DNA of 63,725 nt, the filler included, from Octopus bimaculoides (taxonomy: Eukaryota): assembly GCF_001194135.2 (NCBI RefSeq). It is 8 parts of 7 records of this genome, joined end to end, with 100 filler letters (N's around TTAATTAATTAA, not from the genome) between each part and the next. Parts side by side here need not be neighbours in the genome. Positions count along the whole stretch, not along the records: positions 31,307 to 49,535 come from NC_068986.1; positions 49,636 to 54,257 come from NC_069007.1; 6 more parts are not named here. The stretch is one strand, 5' to 3'. Positions 36,651 to 50,272 of this stretch are shown in pieces; positions within the stretch are counted from its first letter, which is position 1, and every line of letters begins with the position of its first letter. The notes beneath the pieces are model-generated. The model saw only the letters and a program-made list of their open reading frames with translations, was not told the origin of the DNA and ran no database searches. The position numbers were made by a program, and so were the translations under genes.

Positions 36651-39472
36651 TCTTTATTTAATAATAATAACAATTAATGATAATAAGTAAACAACAACAG
36701 CAGCCACAACAATGATAGTTATAATACTAATATGATGATGATGTTGATGATTAATAATGATTAATAAAATAATAATGATTCATGAAAATAGTTGATACTA
36801 CTTGAGACAGCACTGTATCTTCACAACGTGAAAATACAAGAATAGCACCAGAAACAGACACACTCCTCCAAGAAGGTTAACAGGTTATTCATACCTCAAA
36901 TAAGCTGTAAATACAATACAAAAAAAAAAGACAAGGTTGTGCACACCAGACGAGCACAGAAGCGCAGCGAGTGGACTACAAGCAACTTTCATAGAATTTT
37001 TGAAACTATGACGATAAATCATTATAATAATGATTAAAAAAAATAATGATTATAATAATTATTGTGTCTTCTATTAGCCGTAAGATTTCAAATAAGCAAA
37101 ATGTTATAGCATAAGAGGAGTTTACAAAAACATGAGATTAACAAAGAAAGTTGTATGAAAATATGGAGAAAGGTTAGAGAAATACCTTAAAATATGTTAA
37201 AAACTAAGTTTTAAGAATACAGATTAAATATGAAAATATATAAAGAGTACAATAATTACAGCAAGATATATTTTAAACAATGAAAATCCAAATTGTGTTA
37301 TCCACTTACATATGGTTGTGAGGACGTTAACTTGGCAGGATCAGAACATTTCATGATATAATCTGCCTACAATCTATAGTATTGAAATCATGTGCACCTG
37401 AGTGTCTCCATCAAAAGTAAAATCATTCACATCATAAATTGGCAAGTTAAAACTAATACCATGCAAAAAAGTAAAATAACTGCGGTAGACAAAACCATTC
37501 TCTACATCATATAGAGAGTACTGATAAAATGAATCTAAAAAGTAGAAAATAATACAAAGCCGTGATGCTGATTTCAGAGTAGAAAATGTTGAAAATGGAA
37601 TCCATGAACATAACAAGTTATTCATGGTTAACCAAAGAATTAATTAAAAATAAGAGAAAGTGTCCATACTGACCAACGAAAGGTCTACCAAGGACCACTT
37701 TGCAAGATGAAATGAGAGCAGCAATGAATTAACTAAAACTTACGTATCATATTTAATGAAAACAGACACAAACATCAACATCACCAGGCTAAGCGCAATA
37801 CTATTTGTTACTGCCATTGAAGATCCAATGGATAGTGAATATTCTCTCACAGCTAATTAAAATAGCAATACTGAAGCAAATGATATATAAAGCAAATTTA
37901 CAGAAATAAGAATGAAGATATCTAAAAAGATCTCCCAGTATAAGGAAATAAATGGCATCCTCCCCCAACTGTAAAAAATCTATTGGCATACAAACCAACA
38001 GCCCTTCTTTAAACAAAGTACTCATTTCGAGTACAAATCCAAACAACTATATCATGGACTAGGTAAAAATAAAATAAAAATAAAATCAGCAACAACTGAG
38101 AGGGAAATAAAAGAATTATTGGAAAATGCTACGAACGAAGGCAACAGTTTTGATGGGATGGCTCAAAGCGACAAGCACAAGGTCTGAACAATCGTGAGAA
38201 AACATAAAAGAAGTTTGCAAGACGCTATTAAAGCGAAAAAGTAAAAGATATGACGAGATGACAATATTGAAAATTGTGGTTAAAATCCTTAATAGTTACA
38301 TATAAATTGCTGATATAATAAGACATCCACAATAGGATATTCACAAGGCTGAAGACAACAGCTGACTTGCTCAATGATGGAAAACACCCAAAACTAAATA
38401 GAAAGTTACCCTAAACTTACAGACATAAAGGCAGCTTTTCAACGACGTACCAAACATTAGCTGTAATAATATATTTGAGAATAAAAACAAAAATCATACA
38501 ATACTAGCAGAAGTGCAGGAAAGGGATAACGAACCTCTATCTCTATAAAGATAGATTATTGATCTACAAATCAATGTTCATATGCTGCAAGGGCTTGATT
38601 ATTAGATGGATTTTAACATACGCAGACTGTAGGAACATCACTCAGGAGTTAGGTAGCACCAGTAATATGCAGATATGTTAAATAATTGATGAGGAAATGA
38701 CAAAGAAGACCAGATAAAGACAAAAGTACGAATCAGAAAACAACAAACTATGCAAGCCTCCGTTACGAAAGCCTTATTCCTAGAACAGATTCCCTTTCCT
38801 TATCCCTTTTCAACATATAAAACCAGTCTATCCCCGGGTGAAAAGGCTATGAGATGGCAAGAAACTATATAGCATATAGGGATAGTCTTATAGTGTACAT
38901 ATAGATAATATAAAGAAAAATAAAATAGCAACACAACTTCAGAAGGTACGTGGATATACGATAGGAATTAATGTAGTTCGGATAAGAAAAATGTTCCGAT
39001 GGAAATTTATTAATAACCCAAGTACTATAATAAAGATAGACAGGGATTAAACCAAACAGAAGCTTACACATGGTTTGAATTCAGTTAACTAGGCAGTACA
39101 ACAATCATGCAGAATATAATAAGTTAGGGAGGAATGTTACAGACGTATTGTATTAATATTTAAATTACGTTAATGTAATTCAACATAAGGTAATAAACCA
39201 CAATAATTTATCTGTATTAGTTATATGTCAAAATATTCTCAACTGAGTGGTAGAAGTATCCATACTGGTCGGAAATATATCTAAGAAATAATGATTGCAT
39301 TTAGATTACGCCGCACAAGGGCGAGCATATAAATATTACATTAAAAACTATATTAATTTGGGGATGTAGTCCTTATACCAAATACCAAATATGCACTGCA
39401 AGTGTATAAAAATATAGCTATGAAACACGTACACACACACGTACAAACAGACATACTACACATGCACATACA

Positions 39473-39558
<86 letters not shown>

Positions 39559-40952
39559 CAACACACATACAAACCTGATGCAAGACTGGGGCTGCAGTGG
39601 TGGATAGATTTGAGAAGATATAGCAACAGAAATTATAGTTTAGCTGAAAGTTAAACTAAGATTTAAGCAACAGAGTACTATGGTACAGCAGTGGATCGAT
39701 AAGACTCTACTTGAATTAAAATTGAACTGAGGAGAGATAGATTAAGCGAAAGTGTGATGCTGGTCGCAAAGTTTATGAGCAAAGCAGGAATTCTTGACTG
39801 TAATTTAGTGTCAAAGGTTTCCCAGTTGAAGCCTCTGAGATCATGTAACGAAACAAAATATGTTATACAGAACATGTAGATTTTCTCAAAAAACAACTAA
39901 TCAAATTGTCACTGAAAGCTAATTTGTATCACAATAATTCTACCTCTATATGCATGAGAGTGGGAGAGATTTCATACTTCGAAAATTAGAACAGCATTAT
40001 AGAATACTGACAATAAAGAGGTGATATAAACATATAACAGAAATCCTCCCGAGGAGTGAGTAAGAACGCATACTCTGGGATCTGGTAATCCACACAGTGA
40101 GTGAGATGGAAGTTCATACGGTGGATATTGTTATTAAGGTCTACAAGAAAAGATGCTGTGCTTTAGCCGAATTCTGAGTTCTATCAGTCGGTAAGTTATT
40201 TCTCAATAAAATGGAGAAACTTTCTAAACTTACGAGTTTTGGAAATAGAGTTTATCAGAATAAAGTGTTTTAGAACAGAACAATCCATATAGGAAATAAT
40301 TTGCGAATGATACAAAAATATAGATAAATAATTGATATCTTATACATTAGAAAGGTGCATTACAAAGAGAAAATAGCACTGCTTGTCACGTCACGAATAT
40401 TATTTAGAGTTCTCTCAACACAATAGAGAATACAAAACCAAAACAGAACAGAGCACATACTCAAGGCGCCGAGACATGCGCTCGATACTTCATTGAAAAC
40501 ACGCATTAAAAAATAAACTATTCAAAAATGCAATACTGATATTATTACTAATAATTATAATAAATATGGCTGTCTAATTTCCTGTATAACTTTTCAATTA
40601 TATATTTAAAAAAGCCATTAATTTTGGAACTTTAACATTATGACTTAATTATTATTTTAGCATTTTTCTTTTTAATTTAATACTTTTGATGTGGTCGTTT
40701 CTTGTTTGTTGGTCAATGAAAATCTTATTTCCTTCATTGTGATTAAACTTCCTTTTAAATACTCTTTTTATGCTTTACTGTTTGATCTTTTCTCGCGTTT
40801 CATGCCTGTTATTGGTTATCGAAAATTAACAAAGAATAACAAAGAAGGAAAGAAAGAAACATTAAATACGATCCCTTTTGAATATTTCGTTTTCAATATT
40901 CGCTTTCATTATTAAAAAAGATCTCTCTCTCTCTCTCTCTTTCTCTATCACC

Positions 40953-40983
<31 letters not shown>

Positions 40984-41689
40984 NNNNNNNNNNNNNNNNN
41001 NNNNNNNNNNNNNNNNNNNNNNNNNNNNNNNNNNNNNNNNNNNNNNNNNNNNNNNNNNNNNNNNNNNNNNNNNNNNNNNNNNNNNNNNNNNNNNNNNNNN
41101 NNNNNNNNNNNNNNNNNNNNNNNNNNNNNNNNNNNNNNNNNNNNNNNNNNNNNNNNNNNNNNNNNNNNNNNNNNNNNNNNNNNNNNNNNNNNNNNNNNNN
41201 NNNNNNNNNNNNNNNNNNNNNNNNNNNNNNNNNNNNNNNNNNNNNNNNNNNNNNNNNNNNNNNNNNNNNNNNNNNNNNNNNNNNNNNNNNNNNNNNNNNN
41301 NNNNNNNNNNNNNNNNNNNNNNNNNNNNNNNNNNNNNNNNNNNNNNNNNNNNNNNNNNNNNNNNNNNNNNNNNNNNNNNNNNNNNNNNNNNNNNNNNNNN
41401 NNNNNNNNNNNNNNNNNNNNNNNNNNNNNNNNNNNNNNNNNNNNNNNNNNNNNNNNNNNNNNNTAGGTCTGATCAATAATTATCCAGACTGTTGCCGTAA
41501 TAACGAAGCTAAAGCATGGAGAGTGAAACCCCTTTGCAAAGACTGACCTTGAACTCTGTTGTACATGCACACTAGCACACTAAGGTTTAATCTTGTAGCT
41601 CACTTCCGCTGTTTCAGCAGTGCTTGGAAGGAAGTGTGTCGCGTGTGATCATCACGTTGACCATGACAGAGAAAGTTGTCATGGCGATA

Positions 41690-42060
41690 CCTGATCAGAG
41701 GCCTACGCAAAACCGCGAAAAGTGTATGGAAAGGTGTGTATGGGCCGCACAGAAGTTTACGTGTGATTCAGACATTTCCAATATGGCCGAAAAATGTTGA
41801 TATTGACGAACGTTCTGAGAGACCCGCAACCAACAGAACTGAGAAAAGCATCGCAGGTGTGTGTGCAGCTCTGAGGGGATATCATCGAATCCCCATCCGT
41901 GAGTTACCAGAAGATATGCAGATTAAATACGCTTCAGTTCAGTCCATTATCACAGAACATTTGGGTATGAGACACGTGTCTGCCAAGTTTGTGCCAAAAC
42001 TGCTTAAAGCTGATCAAATACACACACGTGTTTCAGATGCCCGATATCTCTTTGCCTGTG
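41690..42060 (+). mobile_element. Tc1/mariner transposase N-terminal fragment
   Basis: DERSERP..T....IRELPEDMQIKYASVQSIITEHLGMRHVSAKFVPKLL contains the mariner HTH and a (W/F)VP(R/K)LL-like motif. Confidence 0.85.
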
Positions 42061-42650
42061 TTGAGAAGAAACATCAGAACAGGAATTATGAAAATGAGCA
42101 AACAAGTACCAATAAATATATTAAGTTGAAAAAGTGATTATACTTTTCTACTCTAGGCACAATGCCAGAAATTTTGGGGGAGGGGGCCAGTCGATTAGAT
42201 CGACCCTAGTACGCAGTTGGTACTTAATTTATCGACACCAAAAGCATGAAAGGCAAAGTAGACCGCGGCGAAATTTGAAAAAAAGTGAATATAGACACGG
42301 CAGTTTAATATGACACGAGCCACAATTTGAGCTACCGTCTTCATGATTTGAAACGTTAAAATTTCTGATTTGCTAAATTGTATTTCCTTTCTTCGCGTCA
42401 TTTCTGTCTCTTTTATATATAGATTCGGACACACTCACACACATACACACACACACACACCCACACACACAAATACACAAATATTTGTGATGTGATCCTA
42501 GGACTTTTCTGTTTTCTTCATTGAAGAAGTCCTGTCCTCGAAACGTCAAAATCTCTCCCTCTTTACCGAGTCAAACTAATACATTCCATCTGCACGTCCT
42601 CTTGTTTTGTTATTGCTAATTTTAATGTTCTGTTATTCGAGTTTAGTATT

Positions 42651-42691
<41 letters not shown>

Positions 42692-42736
42692 ATACATACA
42701 TACATACATTACATACATTTTATATATACATGCATA

Positions 42737-42828
<92 letters not shown>

Positions 42829-43786
42829 TATGTATGAATGTATGCATGTGTGCGTATGTCATGAGTAGCTATCACAGTTAATTTACTTTTTCATGCAACA
42901 ACGCACACACAATACAAAGGAACACGTGCTATTCACACAAACACACGTATGCGCGCGCGCACACACAGACGGCCATATATATATATATATATATACATAC
43001 ATATATACATATATGTATGCAAGCAATAACTCTTATAATGGCTGATTATATGAATACCCATAATTCAAAACGTACAACAATTCACATAAACCAGGCACGT
43101 GTATATTGTAATACTATATAGGCATGCATTAAATATTCATTACATCTGTCTCTATATGTTAGAATTATCAAAAACTCATTTCGCTCGATATTTTATATGT
43201 GCTTGGTTAGGATAAAGACTTCGTTTTGATCATCATCATAAGAACTATACTCAGGAGATAGCACAGCGATGGCACTTCTAACCTCATACAGATATAATAA
43301 AGCAAAAGCGCAATCTCTTTGAGTTATAACATTTCTTTTTTAGAATATGACAACCTAATTATGTTCTTTAGAAATTAAGACATTATTTTCCTATTTTGTG
43401 TATTTATTTAAAACGTTTTATTTTAGCAACAAATACCTCATGAAATTTTAAGAGATAAACGGTTCATTGGTTATACGTTGCTTTCACGAAAGCACAATGC
43501 ATCGCACATATCTAGTAGATGTGTTGAATCCAAACAATAGCTTTAGCCATAGTTATAGTAAATTGGTTTAGAATTTTGGTAGAAGGCCATGCTTTTCGGG
43601 GAAGTGTGGTAAATCGATTACAACGACCCCTAGCGTTCTACTGATTCGTATTTTATGGACCCCGAAAGAATGAAAGTCAAAGTCGAACTCGCCGGAATTA
43701 GAACCCAGAACGCACAAAACAGACGAAATGCCTCCGTGTATTTCACCCGGCATTTTAACGATTCTGCCTATTATTATATATTGTCT

Positions 43787-43995
43787 AGGGCGGCGAGCTA
43801 GCAGAAACGTTACCACGCCGGGCGGAATGCTTAGCGTCTGCCGCTACGTTCTGAGTTCAAATTCTGCCGAGGTTGACCTTGCCTTTCATCCTTTCGACAT
43901 CGATAAATTAAGTACCTGTTGCGTACTGGAGTCGATCTAATCGACTGCCTCCCCTCTCCAAAAATTTCGGGCCTTGTGCCTGGAGTAGAAAAGAG
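43787..43995 (+). mobile_element. SINE family C (GAGCTGGCAGAA...GTTCAAATTCCGCCGAGGTCGAC...TTTCGGGGTCGA)
   Basis: Many diverged copies: 13905-14030, 27631-27840, 27917-28130, 34500-35200 (several), 42150-42280, 43578-43770 (minus) and 44000-44410. The tails often run into (ATT)n. Confidence 0.8.
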
Positions 43996-44408
43996 TTACT
44001 ATATATTGGTTTCCAATCTTGGTATAAGTGCTACAATTTCGAGTAAGTGTAATAAGTCGATTACATCGATCCAGTGTTCAACTGGTACTTATTTTATGGA
44101 GTTCAAAGTGATGAAAGGTAGTCAACCTCGGTGGGTTTGAACTCAGAGCATAAAGACGGATGTAAAGCCGCTAAGAATTTTGCTCGGCATGCTAGCGATT
44201 CTGTCAGTTCTCCTCCTTAATAATAATAGAAATAATGGTTTCAAATTTTGGTACGAGGCCAGCAACTTCCGTGAAGGAGCTAAGTCGAATATTTATTTTA
44301 TCGACCACTAAAGGATGAAAGGTAATGTCAACCTCGGAGGAATTAGAACGTTGAGACAGGCCCCAAGTATTCTACTCGGCGTGCTAATGATTCTGCCAGT
44401 TCGCCGCT

Positions 44409-44520
<112 letters not shown>

Positions 44521-45287
44521 TAGCAACAATAATAANNNNNNNNNNNNNNNNNNNNNNNNNNNNNNNNNNNNNNNNNNNNNNNNNNNNNNNNNNNNNNNNN
44601 NNNNNNNNNNNNNNNNNNNNNNNNNNNNNNNNNNNNNNNNNNNNNNNNNNNNNNNNNNNNNNNNNNNNNNNNNNNNNNNNNNNNNNNNNNNNNNNNNNNN
44701 NNNNNNNNNNNNNNNNNNNNNNNNNNNNNNNNNNNNNNNNNNNNNNNNNNNNNNNNNNNNNNNNNNNNNNNNNNNNNNNNNNNNNNNNNNNNNNNNNNNN
44801 NNNNNNNNNNNNNNNNNNNNNNNNNNNNNNNNNNNNNNNNNNNNNNNNNNNNNNNNNNNNNNNNNNNNNNNNNNNNNNNNNNNNNNNNNNNNNNNNNNNN
44901 NNNNNNNNNNNNNNNNNNNNNNNNNNNNNNNNNNNNNNNNNNNNNNNNNNNNNNNNNNNNNNNNNNNNNNNNNNNNNNNNNNNNNNNNNNNNNNNNNNNN
45001 NNNNNNNNNNNNNNNNNNNNNNNNNNNNNNNNNNNNNNNNNNNNNNNNNNNNNNNNNNNNNNNNNNNNNNNNNNNNNNNNNNNNNNNNNNNNNNNNNNNN
45101 NNNNNNNNNNNNNNNNNNNNNNNNNNNNNNNNNNNNNNNNNNNNNNNNNNNNNNNNNNNNNNNNNNNNNNNNNNNNNNNNNNNNNNNNNNNNNNNNNNNN
45201 NNNNNNNNNNNNNNNNNNNNNNNNNNNNNNNNNNNNNNNNNNNNNNNNNNNNNNNNNNNNNNNNNNNNNNNNNNNNNNNNNNNNNNN

Positions 45288-45318
<31 letters not shown>

Positions 45319-45932
45319 TATTTATTAAGTAACGAGAAGATGGATTTCTTATTAAGTTTTATTCTGTACTACGTTCGTTTCGACCCGTATCCTGCTATCG
45401 TCCTTTTTTTGTGGAACTCTGCTCAGCATGTTACGTTGGATTCATTTTACAATCTGGATCTCATCAGGTACATCGATAGATAAAGTTGTGGCAGCCGACA
45501 CTCACGATCTTTAGCGAGACAACTTTATTTGTCAATGTACCTGATCAGATGCAGACTGCAAAATGGACTCAACATATGTTGAACAGAGTCTCACATATAT
45601 AAAACAATAGTAGAATGGGTAGAAACGAACATTGTACAGAATAAAGTTGAATACCAAATCCGTCTTCTCGTTACTTCATGTAATTAATATAATTGTCCCA
45701 GCTGACACTGCAGAGTTCCTGAAGTAGATGGAACGGAAATATACCACTACTGCGGATAAGAACAGGTAGCCTAAACTGTGCTAGTGCTCTACTAAACACT
45801 TAAACACACTAATCAACTTATACCCATTACTCCAACATATTAATTATATGTATATATATANNNNNNNNNNAGAAAATAATATATAAAACAATAATATATA
45901 AAAAAATAAATATACCAATAATATATAAAATA

Positions 45933-45963
<31 letters not shown>

Positions 45964-46805
45964 ATATATATATATATATATGCACTAACATCTCGGTAAC
46001 TTAGGTCTGTTAATGAAGATACGTATATTTACATATCTTCATCTAGATGGACTTAAGTGGTTTTGCCAACGATTGAGCCAAAACGCCGCGGTTAGAATAC
46101 AAAGCATGATACTGTAACATGTAGTTATGTAGTTTAAATATTAGACAATAACTAGGAAATAAATTTGTCGGTACAGATGGCTGTTTGAAATTTATATTCC
46201 ATTTGATAAAAAGTAAATATTTAGTTTTTCAGTTGCGAGATTGATATTCCTTCTTCGCATTCCTTCTAAAGGAAAACACTGCTTCCTACAATGTCGTATG
46301 TTTCTGATTATATAGCCTATCGTATCACTTGAATCAGGTGAGTATATAAATTGCAGCAGTAAGTAAAGGAATGATATCAATATTACATACAAGATACAAG
46401 GATAATTTGACAAATCTGTTCATTGTATGCTTTCTGGAATCCCGCTGTTACTCCAAAGCGTTGACATATTAAAGCGGATGAATACATTTTAGTGAAAAGA
46501 AGCCACAGAAATTTTTATCCGTAGAAACTGGAGAAAGAATGAAAAATAGATTCAGTGACAGTACTCTAGGACTTCACACTGTGTATTGATAGAAACATAT
46601 TAGTTAACTAGCCTACTGCAGTGATTAAACACTGTAAACACAATTATTCATCCACACGTGTACATGCACTTAAATATACGTCCACTCATTCACATATAAA
46701 ATACACAATTATCACAACTAGTAGGAAAGAGAATAAAAACATATATAATAAATATTCGCTGCTTAAGATAACGCAATTGCAAAGAGATAGAAAGTAGAGT
46801 GAACG

Positions 46806-46888
<83 letters not shown>

Positions 46889-47476
46889 TGACTGTAATTC
46901 ATGATTAGAATAAGCACTAAATGGCAGTTGCAAGTTTATTGATTGGTGTCGTCGCAGTTACAATATACAGACCAGCAAATCATTAACTGGATCAAATAGG
47001 GAATAGATGGGTTTTTGAGGTATAAACGCAGCCTTCATTTGCAATACAATCCCATGATATGTGATTATGAGGTGAGTAAGTCTAATGAGGAAAAAATAAG
47101 TACTAATAAATACTGGGAAACGCGAAACAAAGGAAATAGCAGAATTTATACTTTACAAATAAGGCTGCTTGGCCAACAATCAGCAGTTTGTTTAAAGAGA
47201 GGGCAAGTACAGAATATAAAGCAGTACGCACACAAACACACACACGCGAATGCACACACACATGCACGTGCGCGCAGATACATATACACGCGTTATTCGT
47301 CTAAAAGTTCATAAGTCGGGAAAAAGATGCACTCGTACATCTGTCAATTGAGTAGGTATATTATCCAAACTGTACAGTGTTATATGTCCAATACTGTACA
47401 CTTTGGATAATTTATATATATATATATATACATACATACAGATATAGGGCAGGGAATTGCCAATTAGTAATAAAAT

Positions 47477-48078
47477 GGATCTTTTTCAAAACGGGGGCCA
47501 CATTTTTCATTAACGAAACACTTTGAAACTTGGAACACTGGTAGAATGTGTCATATAAAACATCTTTTTCTCTTAGTCTTCTTTAAAAAAAAGAAATCCC
47601 AAGTTATTCCATGTTAAAGTTCTCGTATTTCTGTAATTTCAACCAATCACTGACGTCCATTCAGCCGATATACATTAAGTGCCGACTACATAAACAAACG
47701 ATTCTGAAACAATTCTATCGGTGATAGGGTTAGGGTTAGGTTTAGGGTTAGGGTTAGGGTTAGGGTAAAACAGCAAATTTAAAAAGAAAAAAGCAAATAA
47801 AACGAAGAAAAAAAAAACGAAAATGAAAAAAGCAAATAAAACGAAGCTATGGCTTAATCAGCCAAAGGAGTAAATGTAAACAACTGAATACTTGTCAGTG
47901 ATTGGTTGAAATTATCGAAATAAGACAATTTTTTACATGAAATAAATTCGAATACAAAAATATTTTTCTGTTCTATAACACAGAATAGATAAGTATACGA
48001 AGTTTGAAAGTCTTTCGGTACCAAAAACACTACGTAAAACATTAATGAAAAATGTGGCCCCCGTTTTAAAAAAGATCC
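47477..48078. mobile_element. 602-bp MITE with long imperfect TIRs, an 8-bp TSD (AATAAAAT) and central (TTAGGG)n
   Basis: 37-bp outer arms with 1 mismatch and an inner perfect 21-bp arm (47634-47654 / 47894-47914). AATAAAAT lies at both 47469-47476 and 48079-48086. Confidence 0.85.
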
Positions 48079-48714
48079 AATAAAATTAATAATTAACAAT
48101 TTTGCCAAGTAGTTCGGTATGAAAAAAAACCTTTATCGGTAAAAACATTTATAATCATAAATATACAGGGATTAGCATGAGTTGCTTCACCAACATACTG
48201 AAAATTTAGAAATAGCAGTCAAAGAACTACTGATTCCAAACTACAAATTTTTTCTCTAACGGATGGCGATATTTATGACACACAGAACAAAAACAGAAGA
48301 GAAAAGCAAAAAACAAACCTGCCTTTAGTTAATCATGTACGACGTTTCACGGTTAAGAGTATAAAGCTACTCTACTCCGATCATCAGCATGATGTTCGAT
48401 AAATTTGAAAGTGTCTATATACTCATGGGAATTTGACCATGCGACATCATGTAAAAGAACTTGGAAATTTGGGCCTCCAACTAGGCCTTTCGCGACACCC
48501 TTAAAGGCAGGAACTTTTCAGCATCCTCTCGTAGGTGATCACTGTATCCGTGACAATGAAAATCAACAACTATTTAAAATTTAAAGGATCTAAAAGAGAA
48601 AAAATAGAATATTTGGTCAGTCAAAATGAACTCTTAATTTCAGTCTGTTAATAAAACAAAAGAAAAAAAAGAAAAAAATCTGTACATACATAGATACCTA
48701 CCTACCTACCTACC

Positions 48715-48748
<34 letters not shown>

Positions 48749-48800
48749 CATACATACATACATACATACATACATACATACATAGGATACATACATACAT

Positions 48801-48945
48801 ATTGGGGCACTGAGATATGTAACAACACTGCCTAAATACCAATCTTAAGAAATTAGGCTTTTCAAAATCAGAAAGGAGAAAGCTGATTCGAAGACTACGG
48901 AACCGTAAAAATTTGTAACACTTTCCAGAAGTTTATAATTTAAAT
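48801..48945 (+). mobile_element. RLE-type LINE extreme C-terminal remnant
   Basis: GAL(R)YVT..LNTNLKKLGFSKSERRKLIRRL...TVKICNTFQKF resembles the GALG-type tail of RLE LINEs, with deletions. Confidence 0.5.
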
Positions 48946-49535
48946 ACAGATATGCAACTATATGCATGAGAATATATATTTATTAAACAAAACTTACAAA
49001 TCTGCACATATACATACATAAATAAAAAAAAAATACCATGTTGATGTTGAAAAGTCAATGAAGTAGCTTTGGGTCTAGGTTAGAAACCAACTCTTTCTCT
49101 ATTGCCAAGAAATCGTGTCTTGTAATAAGACTGAATAATAATTATATACATACATACATGCGTACATGCACACATCCATACATACATACATGCATGCATG
49201 CATGGTGGCTGTCTGATTCTTGGAGAGTTTGAGCTCTCCAACCTATCATCGCTCTTTCCTAATACGGAATCTTAAATGACTTTTGAGTCCTGAAAGATGT
49301 TTGAATAGTAGATCACATATACTGCAGCAATTTCTCATTTCAAAGTTGGCGTCATTTTCCGCTCGTCTATCATGAATGTTCAAGTACCACTTCAATCCTC
49401 CTTGTGACCTGCAGATAATACACTGAGATTACATTGAGATTCCGCTAGTCTAGTCCATTTATACCTTAACCACAAGGGCACGTCGGTGCGATCTCATACC
49501 AGCGTGACATATATACATATATATATATATATATA

Positions 49536-49635
49536 NNNNNNNNNNNNNNNNNNNNNNNNNNNNNNNNNNNNNNNNNNNNTTAATTAATTAANNNNNNNNN
49601 NNNNNNNNNNNNNNNNNNNNNNNNNNNNNNNNNNN
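49536..49635. other. Artificial contig linker
   Basis: N44-TTAATTAATTAA-N44. Confidence 0.95.
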
Positions 49636-49960
49636 TAATATACAGAAAAAATATATATATAATCTTTTTATTATCTTTATCTTGTGATATTTACTTTACT
49701 TTATATTATACTCATTTATTGTGCTTTTAATTGTTGATTTTTCTACATGTGATAGTGGATTTTCATCGATGAGTTCTTGAAACTTGGTTCTTTTCCCTAA
49801 AACTATATATTTTATATATATTTTATCTATAAAGCTCAATTTAATTTTTATTTTTTATAAATTGATTTTAGTTGAGTTTTTACCTGTAATTTTGGATTTT
49901 GTCCCTAATATTATTATTACTATTATTATTATATATAAATGATATGTGTAAAAATATGCT

Positions 49961-50272
49961 GAGACCCCCTTCGGTCATTGCTGACCATGGGATTGCACCT
50001 AGAATGTTACCCTCCTAGACACAAGTCTGGGCAATGATGTTTATGGAAGACCAGCTGTCGCCCATGCATACCGGCCTCCCCTCTACACGCTACCAGCGTT
50101 ATCCAAGGGGCCGATACGGCTTGGAAACTCATTTCTACAGCTGAGTGAACTGGAGCAATGTGAAATAAAGTGTCTCGCTCAAGAACACAACACGCAGCCC
50201 GGTCCGGGATTCGAACTCACAACCTCACGATCGTAAGCTCGACGCTCTAACCACTGAGCCATGCGCCTTCAC
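49961..50272 (-). mobile_element. tRNA-derived SINE family D
   Basis: Minus-strand head GGCGCATGGCTCAGTGGTTAGAGCG...GTTCGAATCCCGG. The CAGCTGAGTG(A/G)ACTGGA central block is shared with 21295-21460 and 21624-21800. Confidence 0.8.

Noticed and set aside
47725-47765. True telomere or chromosome end
   Set aside because: Only about 7 units, embedded inside a TIR element.
50195-50272. tRNA genes at SINE heads (also 22735-22804, 50711-50785)
   Set aside because: They have A/B boxes but run directly into shared SINE bodies, and no proper acceptor stem was found by eye.
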